Source: Oikopleura dioica
Taxonomy: Eukaryota > Animalia > Chordata
Length of the DNA stretch: 64,000 nucleotides
Direction of reading: 5' to 3'
NCBI GenBank assembly: GCA_907165135.1
Contig: OU015569.1
Location: forward strand, 10,478,001-10,542,000
Positions 1 to 13,333 of the stretch are shown here, piece after piece. A model generated the notes under the pieces. It saw only the letters and a program-made list of their open reading frames with translations, was not told where the DNA came from and ran no database searches. Each line of letters begins with the position of its first letter. Positions within the stretch are counted from its first letter, which is position 1. Position numbers and translations under genes: made by a program.

Positions 1-102
1 GGTTGCAATCAGTTCGAAATGACACTGGTGGAAGAAGACCGAGAAGAACAAAAACGTCGCCACCAGGAAAACATGATGAAGTTTGAGCGGATTTTCAACT
101 AG
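1..102 (+). CDS. Last exon (partial) of an uncharacterised protein; near-identical paralog of the gene at 42437-43369
   Basis: Reads GCNQFEMTLVEEDREEQKRRHQENMMKFERIFN with TAG at 100-102. It is the reverse complement of 42437-42538 with one synonymous change (CGG/CGC). AATAAA signals follow. Confidence 0.7.
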   Translation, partial: GCNQFEMTLVEEDREEQKRRHQENMMKFERIFN

Positions 103-289
103 AAAAAAATTCGTCTTCTCATCGTCATTTTCACTGCCTTATTTATTTTTGTTCACCTTTGGAAATTTACAAAACACGTTTTTTAATAAAATAAAATTTA
201 TTTGTCTCTACAATAAATAAATTGATTAAGTGAAGAAAGACTCTCTCATGTGTGTGTTTTTATAATATAAAAATAGAAGAAGTAGATAA
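1..289. repeat. Inverted segmental duplicate of 42276-42538 (last exon plus 3' UTR)
   Basis: Direct reverse-complement match by eye, with a few substitutions and one ~25-nt indel (TTATTTATTTTTGTTCACCTTTGGA present only in this copy). Confidence 0.9.
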
Positions 290-507
290 GAAAGATGGAA
301 CGATTCTGTCTCGTATAAAAATAATCATTTAAGTTAAGGGTATCAACAACTTGGGGAAGGAAGGAGTCTGTACATATAAGTGGCAACCTAAGGAGAAAAG
401 GGCTGCGATTGGCAAGAAACGAGAGTTCTCTCTTCACGAACACAAGAAATGTAAATGTCGTTTTTCTGGGTCTTTGATCTTCTAAATAATGTTTTTTCAT
501 TCCTCAT

Positions 508-3500
508 TTATGACGATCCTCGGACGGCCTCCTTCAGATAGGCTTGTTTGCGGCGGATTTCCAGGGCGAGTTGATCTTTTAGCGTCGTGATCTAAAGCAA
601 TTTTTATTATAAAAATGAAATAATTTGAATAGAAAACATGCTCCTCTCTTCATTGATCAAAAGAGAGTTTTTCGACTAATCTCAGTCGTAATTTCAAGAA
701 TCAAAATTAAAAAATACGAAGAACATGCAAAATATTTTCTTTTTTTTTACTCAGTCATGAATAAGTCACTTTCGTCTTTTTTCATGCAGGAATTTATAAT
801 TTCCCCGAATACAATAAAAAATATTTATCCATGCGTTTCTGTTTTTCTTTCGATAGTTACCTCGCTTCTGTAGCCAAAGATCTAATATTGAGTGTGTTAC
901 AAAATGTGTACTTGGCGATTGAAATGAAGTGCGTGACTTTCAATTTTGAAACACACAAAATTGCGGTTCCAAAAAGGACTTTTTATTTTTACCTGTTCCT
1001 CGAGGCCGCGAATTCTTTGGCGATGGGCGCGCTCTCGAGATTCTAGAGTGCGTTCGGCCTGGCTGTGTGCCGATCGGAGTCGTTCCATTTCACTGTCTGC
1101 CTCCTAGCTCATGTTTAGCGCTGTAAATTGGCATTTTAAAAGTACCTGTCTGTGACGAGAAGTCAGTTCCAAAATGCGATGAGCGTGCGATTGCTCTTGC
1201 TCAGCCAGAAGGGCCTCGAGCTCGTGAGATCGCTTGACAAGAGCGCTCAGTTCTCCTTCGACACCTTTGACAGTCGAATCCAGATTCGCCCGCTCGGAAG
1301 AGAGTCGCAGCGCTTCTTCAGCTCGTGCGTTTCGCTCCTTTTCAAGCTAAAACTCAAATTTATCCCGTGATTCAACTAATTGATAATAATTATAATATGA
1401 TGGTAGCCATCGAAGAAATAATCTTCATTTGAATAAGTTACATGGTTCATGTTCTTCTTGAGCGACTGTTTGTCTTTTTCTAATCGCTGGGCGGCGCGCT
1501 CTGTTTCGCGTTTCTTTGCGTCCAATTGGGCAATCGCTCGTTGGAGACCGGTTACTCGTTCCTTTTGTTGATTAATTAGAGCGATTGTAACGAGAGTATA
1601 TGTACCTGGAGAACTTTCTTTTCCTCTTGAAGCTTGGAGATTCGCTGGACAGCGGCACCTTCATTTTCACGAGCAGCATCCAGCATCTGAAAAAGAAATA
1701 AACACTGTTCAAGGAAAGTATTCTAATGTAGTACCTGTTTGTTGGTCTTGAGTTGTGCCTCGAGCTCCATTGTTCGAAGGTCTGCGTCCTCGTTGTTTCT
1801 GTTCGCGGACGAGAGTTTTTCGTTTTGCTTGGCAAGTTGTTTCTTGAGCTCGGCAACGCTGGCTCGGGAGGTCTCCAATCGCTCGCCGAGGACGGTTCGG
1901 TCTTGCTCGGAAGCTGTGACGAGTTTTTGCAACTTGTAGATTTTTTCCTGCGAAAGCCATTTTAGAATATAAAAAGATGCAGATCATTACCTGTAGATCT
2001 TGAGTTTGAAGGTCTTTCGTGGAGATGTTCTTTCCAAGGTCGTTAACTCGTTTTCGCAGCTGCTCTTCTCCCTCTGTAGTTTTGGCAAGACCGGCGGAAA
2101 GGCGCTCGATAGAGGTCTAGTTAGGAAATAGGAATGATGAACTGAGATTTTACGCGTTACCTGGAGGTTTTGACACTTGCTCTCAGCAGTATGAAGTTGT
2201 TTAGTGAGCGAGTCGCATCGTTCCTTCATAACTTGCACCTCGGTTTCCTTATCGTGGACAGTGAGCTTCATCCTTTGCAATTCTCCCTCGAGTTTGCGAC
2301 GTTTTACTTCAGTATCGGTTTGCTTTTGCTCCGCAATGTCCAATGTTTCCTTTTGTCTGAAATAACAAAGTTATTTTTACAGAAAACATTTATATTTAGA
2401 ATATAAATAATAAGCAATAATTACCTTTTTAACTCGGCGTCCATTCGAGTTTCTGCGGCCTTGTGTTTGTTAATTCGATCAAGAAGCTTTCTTCGATCAC
2501 CATCGCTGTTGGTAGCGTTTCTTTCGAGAGCGATGACCTTCTCGCTCAGTGCCTTCTTCTCTCGCTCGCATCGTCTGATGGTTTCTTCTTGAAGCATGAG
2601 AGCAGTCTGAGCTGATGCCAGTCGTCCGTCGGAGCCGCGTTTACCTTCCTCGAGCGCACCAAGAGACTTGTTGAGCGCGGATAGTCGGTTGTTAGCTCGG
2701 TCTCGTTGTTCTTCAGTCTCAGCAAGTTGCTTTGTTAGGTCCTGCGATTCAGCTCGGGCGAGATCGCGCTGTTGCTCGGCTTCCTTCAGCTCGCAAATGA
2801 ACTCGCGGAGGGAAGCGCGGACGACTTCTGGGTCAACATCGACGACAGAAGAGTTCAACTGGCTTTCAGTTTGCTTTGTTCGGTTAGGGCTTGGGCTACG
2901 AGAGCGGCCGCGCATCGGCGAGGCGGATCTACCGACACGGCTAATTCCAAGAGTTCGACGGAGTGCCGAGTAGAGCGAGGAAAGCTTGTATTCTACTTCT
3001 CGCTTGTCGTTGTCGGTCTTGCTCAGCTCAGTTTCAAGTCCGGCGGCGCGGCCTTCCAAATCGCTAAGGCGGATTTTCAGATCAGTTGACTCTTGGTCCT
3101 TGGCGTTGAAGACCTGGCTCAGTTCTCTGATCTCGTCCTTGAGTCGCCCTTGAATGTCTCGGTGATCGCTGACAGCGTTGGAAAGCTCACGCTCGACGGC
3201 CTTCAATGCGTCTTCTGTTTCAGTCAGTTTTCGGGTCAAATTGTTGTTTTCCTTGGTTAAGTTGTCGCGGGAAGACTCGGTCTCGACGATTCGCTGCTTG
3301 AGGCAGTGAGCTTCTCGGCGAGATTCCTCTTCACGTGCCTCATCCTGCGAAATTCGCTTTTGCAGATCGTTGACCTCTGCTGATTTCTTTTCAGACTCAG
3401 CATCGATCATCTTGATCTGGCGGCGGAGATCCTGGAGTTCTCGGCGCGCTTCAAGTCGTGATCGCTCGACTTCACGGAGTCCAGCGCGGAGCTCTTGGGA

Positions 3501-6500
3501 TTCTTGAAGGAGAGCGTTTTTCGATTCCTCAAGTACTGCAACTCGTTGCGATTTCTCTTCACATTGACGTTTGAGCGCGATTCGGTCGGATTGAACCTTT
3601 TTGATATCGCCGCGGAGATCTTCATTGGTCTTTGAAATTGCTTCCTTTTCGTGCTTCTCGTCGGTGATTGCTCGTTTGAGTTCCATGTTCTCTTTTCTGT
3701 TTCGCTCGAGTTTCTCCTCGTGTTCTTTGAGCATACGAGCGGTCTCGATAAGATCACGTCTCGTGGCATCCTTGGCGTCCTCAGAAACACGGAGTTGCAG
3801 CTTAAGCTCCTCAGCTTCTTTGTCGATTTGGTCACGCTCGTTGCAGAGTGTGGCGATCTTCTCGTTCATCTGGCAGATTTCAGCTTCGTGTGATTCAACA
3901 GTAGTGGCGAATTGCGATTTAAAGTTTTTAATTTCGCCTGTAAGTCTGTTGATTGCCTCGCGATCTTGTTCTTGTCGAGCGCCAGCTTCGCGTTTTGCTC
4001 GCTCGATCGCGACGCGGAAGTGGTTGTTCTCCCGCTGGCTGCTGTTGAGCGACTCCTGGAGTCGGGCTTTTTCGGATTCTTTGATGCTAAGTTCTTGTTG
4101 TTTCTCAGACTCAGCAACGATCATTGCCTCATTGTGTTCAGCAACGACGGCGTTGATTTCTTCCTGAAGCTCCTTCTTTTCTTGGGCAAAGAGAGTGATG
4201 ATTTCTTCCTTTTCTTTCGCGTGTTCGAAAAGAATTTCTTCCTTGGTTTTTTGGAATCGGGCCTAGAAGATTTATAAACTTATGAACATTAGAGTGCAAT
4301 TATTTTACCAATTGAGATTGTTTTTCTCGCTCCAGTCTGTCGCAGTCTTCATCCTTGATTTGGTTGAGCTTCTTAATTTGAAGCTTGTAGTTCCTCTCAT
4401 TTTCGCTGATCTTATTTTTGGATAAACTAAATAAGCTACCCTTGCGATTGCCGCCAATTAAGCTCAGTAAATGTGCCATCTCTACAAAATTTCTCTATTA
4501 TGAATTGGCTCCTCTAGCGGCAAGACTCAAGAAAATCGTGAGAAAACATTATTGTAGGGCAATAATGAGTAGTGTATCCTGTTTCCTTTTGATTCCTAAG
4601 CTCAATCTGTTCTCCAAGCTTATCGATTTCGCCTTGTAGCTCGTTACGAGTTCGGGAAACTTCCGCTTGTAAGGCTTCGTTTCTCACAAGAGCCGACTAA
4701 AAATGGTATAAAAATAAAAACAGCAACAATATATCACCTGGAGATCCTGCTCAAGTCCAGATTTCTTGCCCTCGAGAACACTGCAGTTTTGCTGCTGCTC
4801 GTAAAGCCCAGTTTCAAGAGTTTCTTTATCGGTCTTGAGAACGGCCAATTCCTCGCTGAGTGCTCGATTAGCTCGCTCAGCTGATGACTTTTCAACCATA
4901 AGCTGCGCTTTGTCCTTGGTGAGCTCTTCCTTTTCTTTGGCGAGCTTGCTGAGTTGAATTCCAGTTCGCTCAAGGTCCTCCTTGTTGTTTCCAAGATCTT
5001 CCTGGAGCTTGGCTTGGGCGCGTTCCAAGGAATTAATGGTCTCCTTGAGGACGAGCTTATCGCGGTTGAGCTCTTGAATCTCGGCGTCAAGGCGGTTTCG
5101 CACATTCTCGCCTTCAATTAAGCTCGTGTCAAGGGTCGATTTCTGCGCCTTCAAATCAGCAGCGGCTTGCTCCATCTTGATCAACTCGTGGCGGATGATC
5201 TGTTTCTCCTCCTCAACGTCTTGTTTTTGATTGTCCAAGTGTTGGAGTTTTTCCTCCAAATGAGCGATTGTTCGGCTCAATTCAACCTTGTCAGCAGCGA
5301 GTCCTTCATTAAGCGCGGCAAACTTAGCGAGTTGGTCGCGAGAGCCTGCTTCTTCCGTTCTGAGATGGTTGAGTTTGAGCTCGGTCTCGTTAAGAGCACA
5401 TTCGGCTCGTTGAAGAGCTTCGCTTGTTTCATGTCGCTCCTGGTCAGCAACGTCCCGTTCGAGCTCTGATTTCTTGAGTTGCTCTCGGATGGCAATGAGC
5501 TCTTCTTTTAGAGACGAGCCTCGTTGTTCCAGAAGCTCGATATTTCGCTGAGAGCGCTTGTCATCCTCATCCCTTCGTTTCAGCAGCGCCTGCAGTTCTT
5601 CTCGATCCTCCTCGGCCGATTCTTTCTGTGAAGAAAGCTCCGCGATCTTGCTTCGGAGTTTTTCAATGTCGACTTGGGCACCCTCGAGTTGAGCTTGGAG
5701 ATTGTTGCGCGTTCGGTTGAGTCCGTCTTTCTCAGCCTGGGCGGTTTCAGCAGAGGCCAGCTTTCTGGTGATCTCGCGCTTGGCATCGTTGTTTTCGGTG
5801 ATAGTCTCGTCGAGTTTGCTCTTTGTCGCGGCAATTTCACGCTCCAAGTCCTTGACAGTGTTGTCAGCTTCAGCAAGTTGCTGTCTGAGGCTTGCACCGG
5901 AGTCTTGTGAGGCCTCAAGCTTGGCACGGAGCTCTTGCACCTGAAGCTGGCGTTTTTGAAGACTTCCAGCAACAGCGTCGTAAGTTGTCATCGCGAAGGT
6001 AGGGCTGACGGCTCTTCCTGGTGATCTGAGTCGGCGAGATCGTCGGCTAGGCGAGGTGGATCTGGTTGGCGATCGTGCGCCATCTCCTCGGAGTGATTCC
6101 GCTTCGGGAATGGCAACCGACAACTCAGTGTCAGCAATAACGCAGTTAGCAATGTCTCGAAGTGCCTGCTCAAGCTGGGCTTTTTGCTCTTGGAGATCTT
6201 CGAAGTCAGCAGGGTTGATTTGAGACATGTTGAGCGCGGAGAGATCAGCCTTGGCAGCAGAGTTTTCTCGCTCTGATCGGAGAGAATCTCGAGCAGATTC
6301 AAGCTCTCCTGCATCGTAGCGATTGTACTCTTCAATGCGGCGCGTTCCTTCTCAAAATCGTCCTGGAGTTCGATAAGTTCGGAAACCTTTTCGCGAAGTT
6401 GCTGTTCCACCTGGCTCTTTTCGTCGGACATTCGATCGAGTGATTGTCGTGGCTCTGCAGTGCGCAAGTTGGCGTTGAGATTCAAGCAAGCAGCGTGCAT

Positions 6501-8547
6501 TTGACGCTTTGAGCGCGTGATGTCATCTCGAATTGTCGAAAGATCCTTGTCGGTTTCATTCCTCATCTCGTTGTAGTTTCGCTTGAGCATTCGGAAAGAC
6601 TTCCACAAGCTAGCAAGTTTGTCTTCGTCCGCCATAACGATACCTGAAGAGTTATCAGTGTTAGGAGCAAATAGACAACTGTGATTAATAATCCTCAACG
6701 TGTCAAAAAGAAAAGTTTTTTTGACGATAATGTCAAAATTGCAAATTACACTTTAAATAAGGGGCTTACCAGAAATATGCATTTTTTCTTCCCGCAAACG
6801 TTCCGCTTCTTCCTGGGCCTCGTCGACCTGTGCCTTTAGAGCGGCGTTGGAGTCGCTCAATTGGCGGTTCTCCTTGTTGCACTGGTCAAGCTGCTCGCGA
6901 AGAATCTGAGTCAGCTGCCGAAGAGACTCGGAGTTTTGTTGCTCTGCTTCCAGCTTGACAAGTACCTCGTCCATGTCTCCTGTTTCAGTCTCCAGTCGAC
7001 GAAGACGAGATTCCTATGGAAGTTTTTGAAATAGGATCGATTACGATGAATTTACCTGAAGAGAAAGCTTGGATTGAAGTCGCGAGTTCTCATCCTCCAA
7101 GGACAATCTAGATCTTTCCATGTCCAATTTTTGATCTTTGTTCTGTTGCTGCAAGTTTGTCGCTTGCTTCTTGTATTGAACAACCTAAAAGTAAACATCG
7201 TTAGAAATGACTGACTGGTTTCCGAGATGAGACAGCGGGGCTCTCTTATCAAAGTAATAAATATGCCACAGCTCAAATATGAGAAGGTGTATCTGCTCTC
7301 ATTGAGAATGATGTCAATTCTGCAGAGTCGGCGGTTGTATTTGCTCTCTAATTCGCGAAATGATTTGTGAAGTCTCTTGGAAGCATCTCTTTATGAAAAA
7401 ATGGAGTCTCGTCGATAATAAAGTATAGTGCCGGCAGGTGTTCATTTGTGGGACTGTGCAAGTTTTTTTCTGAATCCCGACGGGGGAACAAAGACTCCGA
7501 GTGGGGAACAATCTAGCCAGTGTCGGATTCAGTTTCGATATTTTCCCATAATCACGTTGAAAGGAAACTTTAATCAAACTCAAGGTCAGATTACAATCGA
7601 GAAAACGAAAATTGTTCTCTCGAAAAATTATTTTGGCAATATGCTTTTTGCAATTGTGTTTGCTTATAGAAACATGTGTAGTTTGATTATTCTCGATAGC
7701 AATGTTCGATTATCGAACTTCCGTTCAAACAGTTACAATCTCTACTGTCGATGTGTTTCGCAATCTTGATGTTTCCAGGGAGCTCAAAGACGGAAAGAAA
7801 AGGAGCTTGATCTTGAAAGACCGGTGACAATAAGCTCCCTGCCGAGAGCGGCATGAATTTTTTAATCCCGCTTTATACAATTTTATAATGATTTTACAAA
7901 CCTTGGACTGAAGTTTTTGTACGAGCTGGGCTTGGCGAGTTTGGCCTTCTTGGTAAGCCTGAAATCATTTTTAGTCGACTTGATATTTGAAAGTTTAGTT
8001 TTCAATGATTTTTGGGCATATCCATAATAAGTAAATATCACTTCAATATTCATTACCTGTAACTTGCGCCTGTACCCATCTCGTTCTTCATCAAGCTTTC
8101 TTTTAAGCTCTACAACTTGCATAGAGCTCAGAGATAAAGCATCGTCAGATCTTGTACTCTCCATCTAAAAGGAAGTATTAGAACGCTATATTAAAGAATT
8201 CTGATGGTTGCTGAAAAAATTGCCTTGGATGTGTCCGGTTCTGGAAGTGTCTGGGAGACGCTTGAGCTGCCTGCGTTCGAGCGGCGAGTAGAAGACGCCT
8301 GAGGCGAGCCTTGAGGAGAGAGACTACGAGAAGACCTCCTGGGAACAGCGAGTGTCGCTTGGTCACCCGACCAGTTTAGCTTTTGCGAAAGATCCTGGTT
8401 CGTCGCTTCCTTCCCGAGATTCGCCAGTTCTTCCAGTTTCGATACTCTGGCAGCGACAAAATTCGAGTCCGCCGAGCTACCTCGCGCGGTACCCGATGTA
8501 CGCCGTTCTCTATCTGTAAAATCGGTTTGAATACATTTCTGGACCAT
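508..8547 (-). CDS. CROCC: Rootletin (ciliary rootlet coiled-coil protein), multi-exon
   Basis: Long coiled-coil ORFs (4684-6228, 2421-4124). Rootletin-like motifs: RKLQ|AYQEGQTRQAQLVQKLQSK|VVQYKK at the N-terminus, LQKLVTASEQDRTVLGERLE, and LRSAHSQAERTLESRERAHRQRIRGLEEQ|ITTLKDQLALEIRRKQ at the C-terminus. Stop TAA at 510-508. The 5' end is uncertain (ATG at 8164 or 8547, or further upstream). Confidence 0.9.
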
Positions 8548-10472
8548 GTAAAATTCGTTTCAAAAATATCTTCTCTTTGGAAATCGTCTTTGAATGTATC
8601 AATCAATGTTGCTATTTTTTCGAATAGCTCGATTTCAAATAGCGCTTTTTTGGGAAAAATCGATTTCATCCGAGCGGATCAAGTGCGTGAGAAGGTTGAA
8701 TTTTTTAAAGTTTAATCATTTTAAATTTAGGATTTTCAACGGCCAAGTTTATTGAAAAGATAACTTGATTTTGGTCGAGTTAATTTTGAGCAATAAACTA
8801 TTAGGGAGTGTTGTCTTAAATTTACTGTAAATTCATACAGAATGAAATTTAAACCAGTATCTTGGAGAGCGTTCTCCGGACTTGTTCTGCGAGTCCATGG
8901 ATGTCTCTTTAGTGCGCGATGGTCATATTTTTGTTCAATTTTTTTTTTCACTTTTGAAAGTCTGATCCGTTTTCTGACGAACGCTCAGGTGCAGGTGCCT
9001 TCATTCAATTCAGGCAATGTGTGCCCAAAACGGACAAGGGCTCTTCCAAAAGATCACTTTCACAGGCTGGCTCACTCACGAGGCCGGATCATCCGAGAGC
9101 AGAAACAATGCCCGCTCAGTGGATCTGTGGAATCGCTGGTCAAACGCCAACGAGCAGGGCACTAGACACTTTCGAGAGTTGACTTTTAAGAACATTATCG
9201 GCCCGATTGTAAAAGAAAAAACAACAAGGAGTTCTGAAGACGAAACGAATGACCGATTAAACCGATTCTTGATTTCTACTCCTTAAGAATAATTGTTATA
9301 ATACGAATTTCCTCCAGTTAATCGTATGAAAGATTCTAGGGCTTAGAATAACTTCCCTCAAAGATATGCAGTAAGAAACTCTGGCAAGCGCGTTTGAATT
9401 CTGCAAACAAGGAAAAGCAACGTTGATTGTTTAGTGCTAGGCAGAATGGACTATCGCTGACAGCGCAGTCAACATGATAGACTCTGCCTTTTGTAGCGGT
9501 GGAATTAGTGGATTTAGTGATTCGATGGACTGACCGCCACTGGCGCCGGAAATGGTCACCCAGATCAAATACGCCCGTTATTAATGGCATTTTAGAGCGC
9601 AATGAGTTACTGACACATTGGCCGTAAATTACTGGAGTGTTTAGACGACAACTGGTCGAGGAAGTTAATGTGTGCCCAAACATTCCTTCTGCGCGAAAAA
9701 ATGCGCAGCCAACTCTCTAAGTGCCTGACCTTTGCTTTGTCGTAATAAGCGGCTTATAAAGATGTGCTAGTGCTAGTTTAGTGGCGCATCGGCTCCTTGA
9801 AACGGCTCCTTCTCTAGCTTCACTTCCACTCGCTTCTACTCGCTGGTGATTATTTCTCGACTACAAGAATGCACTAGCGCTACTTGGGTTATCTCATTTA
9901 CTTAATGTTTATTGTTTCCCCAAAGCGAGTTCCAGCGGGCACCAGGGTAACCGGCCAACTTTCGCCCAATTGGATCAATCGCTCAAAAGCGCTCTCCAAC
10001 TAATCTCCTGGCATACATTATAAAACCTTCAGTATTTAGACGCCTTCTATCAATATTAGCAAAAGTTAAGTACTCAGACCATGATTTCTAAGCCAAACAT
10101 AAACAGCCTGAATAACCAAATAGAATGCTTCATTTTCAACCCTTTTCTGAACCAAAACAGCTTCAAAGTTCGAAAGCTGCAATGAGCAAACACTACCGGA
10201 AGCTTGGATTTACTAGAAATCCAGCGCAAATAGCTCTGTTCCGATTTTGGAGACAACAAGGAGTAGGTGTAAACAAAAATATCAGCACTCAAAAATTCTG
10301 AGCGAGAATGTGTGAATACAACATTCAGTCACACCAGCAGCGCAACTGAAACAACAAGAAAAGAAAATTTTAAAAAATTCATCGATGGATTAGCCAAACG
10401 GAACAACTTGAAAATGGCATGAAACATGTGCAGAGTCTTTTTCGATAATTGTCATTGTGAAAGAAAAGTTAC

Positions 10473-13333
10473 CTCATTATGGCTGAGAGGGCGAGTGTAG
10501 CTCATTTCACCGACAGAACCGGACGGCGTGCGCGCTCTTCCACTGGCTCTTCTCTCTAGCTGACTGCTTCGCTCCGAAATCAAATCGCCGTAACTTGTCT
10601 GAACGTCTACTGTTAGAGTTGCAAAGGGAAATTTGTTTTCCGTCAGCGGTACATCATTTAGCCACTTTAGAAATCCCCAAGGGTATTTCAAATATTTGAG
10701 CTTGAGAGGGTAGACTCAAGAGGGTACCGTCGGAATTTCTGGTTCCTCAATAAGGAACGACACTACTATTGGGAAATTGAAGTTGAAATTGATGCTCTAG
10801 TTCTCGACCTGTAGCTAACTGAGACTCTAGTGATTTTCATCAAATAACTGCAAATAAAAAGGATCGAATCCCGATTTTCGACTGGCTATCAAATACCGAT
10901 GATAGCAGACTCAAATCCGGGGTTACGCCGCCACCAAGAGAATCCTGTCTTGTGATTGGCTGACCGGATAACCTGTTCGCCATCCGTGGCGAAAAGCTTC
11001 AAATCCCAGGCGAAGGTCTGCTATCAACGGTATCTTCAATTAATTAAAATAAACTATTTCTTTATATTCTTGTCTTCTTTTCATAAAATCTCTGATGAAA
11101 TACGGAAAAGGCGGATGTGATTACACACGGAGCGCCAAAATAATAAATGATTTCGCTGATAATTGCTGCGCTTGAATTCTTTCTCTCATATTTTTTTCTC
11201 TGCGGCCATTGTTCAGCACTAGCCTCAAGCAAACAAGATTCTTTTCCCGATTTTTAATATTTGCGCAAAAGTAAATCCTCAGGCCAAATCAGCAAACGGG
11301 CTAGTTACAGAGAGAAAGACTCTCTTTTTTGTGGCAGTTGTGGCGTATTTGCACTGGGAAAGCGCTTTGATATTAAAATAAAGAAAGTAAACTTTTAACG
11401 ATGTCCGCTTTCCATTGTTGCTGGAAATTATTTGGCTGGACTGAAATTCAAAAAAATGGAATTCGGATTACCGGTTCATTCCGCGAGCTAGCGGATTGAG
11501 TCGAGCTGCGGGCTTTTTCTTCCGGAGTTTTTGAACGGTTGGTGCTTGCTCGGCTCAAGGAGCTGTCCGAGTCTTTGGAGCTTTTGGCGGGCTTGAAAAT
11601 TTACCTTTTTGAGACTGCTTGGACTATCAGTATCACAAGAATACTTAGGAAGAAAAATAAAGAGTGCTAAGTTCCTATAATATGATTTGAAGTTCACTCA
11701 AAATTCAATGTAGTAATTGTCACTTTGTTGAACCTATGAAAACAATCATCCATGATTTTGGATTCTTTTGCTCCTAAGTTCTTAGGCTCCTCTGTAGTCC
11801 AAGCTCAAAAAAGGAACTTTCTCGAACATCTGCTGCAGAATGTCTGGTTAGTCTCTCTCTGACCGCTTCCTTTTGCTCTCCATGTTCGTTTGGGAAGAGC
11901 ACTCGGCTCACGAAAGAAAGAAAAAAGATATAAAGAGAAATTTAACAAGTAAAAAAGAGGCACACTTGCCAAACACTTCTCCCGCGTTGGAATGAAATAG
12001 CGCCGGCGCTATACTATCGTTGTGTGCCCAGAAGAGCGTCCGCTCCGTAATGCAGCAGCATAGATGTTTACTACGAATGATAAAGACACCGCCTGAGCAA
12101 ACACCACCATCGCAAAAAAATAAAATCGCTCAAATCTCGATCATTTGGATGAAAGTAAAAATGAAAGTCAAAAACGTTAATTTTCAAAATCCGAATCTGA
12201 AAACTATAAAACAGAAAAATTGATTTTTCAGGAAAAGGAAATCTCTTTATCTTAAAAAATCTTTACCTAAAAAAAGTCTCTTGAAGAAAAAAAATAAAAT
12301 AGCTTTGAAAAGAGAGAAAGCGTCAGCTCAAGCTCAAAAGAACTCAAGCACTTGTGCACCTTTTTAAAGGTTGAAAAAAGTGAAAAGGCCCTTGCCACTA
12401 CTAGCGTACTCTTTTTTTTTGTTTTCTGTTTTTGGAATTCTTGCGACTCGGTTCTGCATGAGCCTGACAGCGGATGTCACAGTGAACGCTAGCTGCGCAA
12501 AGGCAAAGCCTTCACCATTGTCAGACACACTCGAGACACTTTGAAGGTCAGAACAGTAAGAACTCTCGCAGGAAGTAGCCTATAAACAGAACTTTGTTTA
12601 TTGTTTCCTGAGAACGAAAGTCGAAGTTGTCTTCGAATAACTCTTCTGTTAAAAAAGGGAAAGATCTTTATAAAAATATCATTTTTACGAAAATTTCAGT
12701 CGAATAAATTCCTAAGTAACGTCCATCATTATCGACAGCATTTAAATTAGCTCTCAAAATTAACTAAAGAAGGGCTTGTAAGAGGCTCTAATTTCATTCA
12801 ATTCAATTTACGAACATTTATTTTTTATATAAATTACCGTATGAAAAGAACTTGATAAACGCCGCTTCTCTATAAAACCGTCGATTGAAAGTTCAATGGA
12901 TGATTTTTAGAGCGCTGAAGCTCGACAAAAGAGTGCTCAAATAGTAACCGGGAGTAGCTCGCTGCAAAAAAAAGCTATTCGCTACTAAAGCTTCTCAATG
13001 AAATAATTCTGTTTGCTCGGATGTCCGCAATTAGCTCCAACGAGAGGTGAAAAATGCTGAATCAATAATCGGAATCTTGATTTCCGAAGAGGCTTTTCTC
13101 TTAGAGTTAACATAGTGACACCCTTATTTTATTTTTATATATGAAAGTTTAACCGTTTTAGATGAGCATATCATATGCTGCATATGGGTAAAAATAAGGG
13201 TATCAGCATGTTAACTGTAGTAAAGAAGATAACCTCGAAACTCGATGTCATATTGATTTACCTCGTCATCTTTGCGTTCTTGAGCGAGGGTTGATTGGAA
13301 AATGTCTGACAGACTCCAACTCAAGTTGTCCAT
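10473..13333 (-). CDS. Putative upstream exons (long rootletin 5' isoform or separate unknown gene)
   Basis: Exon 10609-10473 (AACAG acceptor, GAG|GTAAC donor) reads DVQTSYGDLISERSSQLERRASGRARTPSGSVGEMSYTRPLSHNE. Other open, splice-flanked blocks lie near 11570-11460, 12570-12410 and 13333-13262 (MDNLSWSLSDIFQSTLAQERKDDE|GTAAAT). Linkage is not fully resolved. Confidence 0.3.
10896..11030. mobile_element. Tc1/mariner-type MITE (135 bp)
   Basis: TIRs CCGATGATAGCAGAC / GTCTGCTATCAACGG (1 mismatch in 15), flanked on both sides by TA (10894-10895, 11031-11032). Confidence 0.7.
13060..13263. mobile_element. Degenerate MITE of the same family as 23393-23774
   Basis: Inner inverted repeat AGTTAACATAGTGACACCCTTATTT (13105-13129) / AAATAAGGGTATCAGCATGTTAACT (to 13216), 22/25 match. 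The same subterminal motif occurs at ~23440, ~23705 and 46458-46484. Outer limits approximate. Confidence 0.6.

Noticed and set aside
334-350. TTAAGGGTATCAACAAC near the duplication breakpoint, resembling the Kolobok-like terminus
   Set aside because: It needs a gap to align and is short, so it cannot be distinguished from chance.
1152-5944. Many plus-strand and alternate-frame ORFs overlapping rootletin
   Set aside because: These are shadow ORFs of coiled-coil coding sequence, with no independent homology or splice logic.
7190-7900. Unusually long rootletin intron as a possible TE insertion
   Set aside because: No convincing terminal inverted repeats or target-site duplication.
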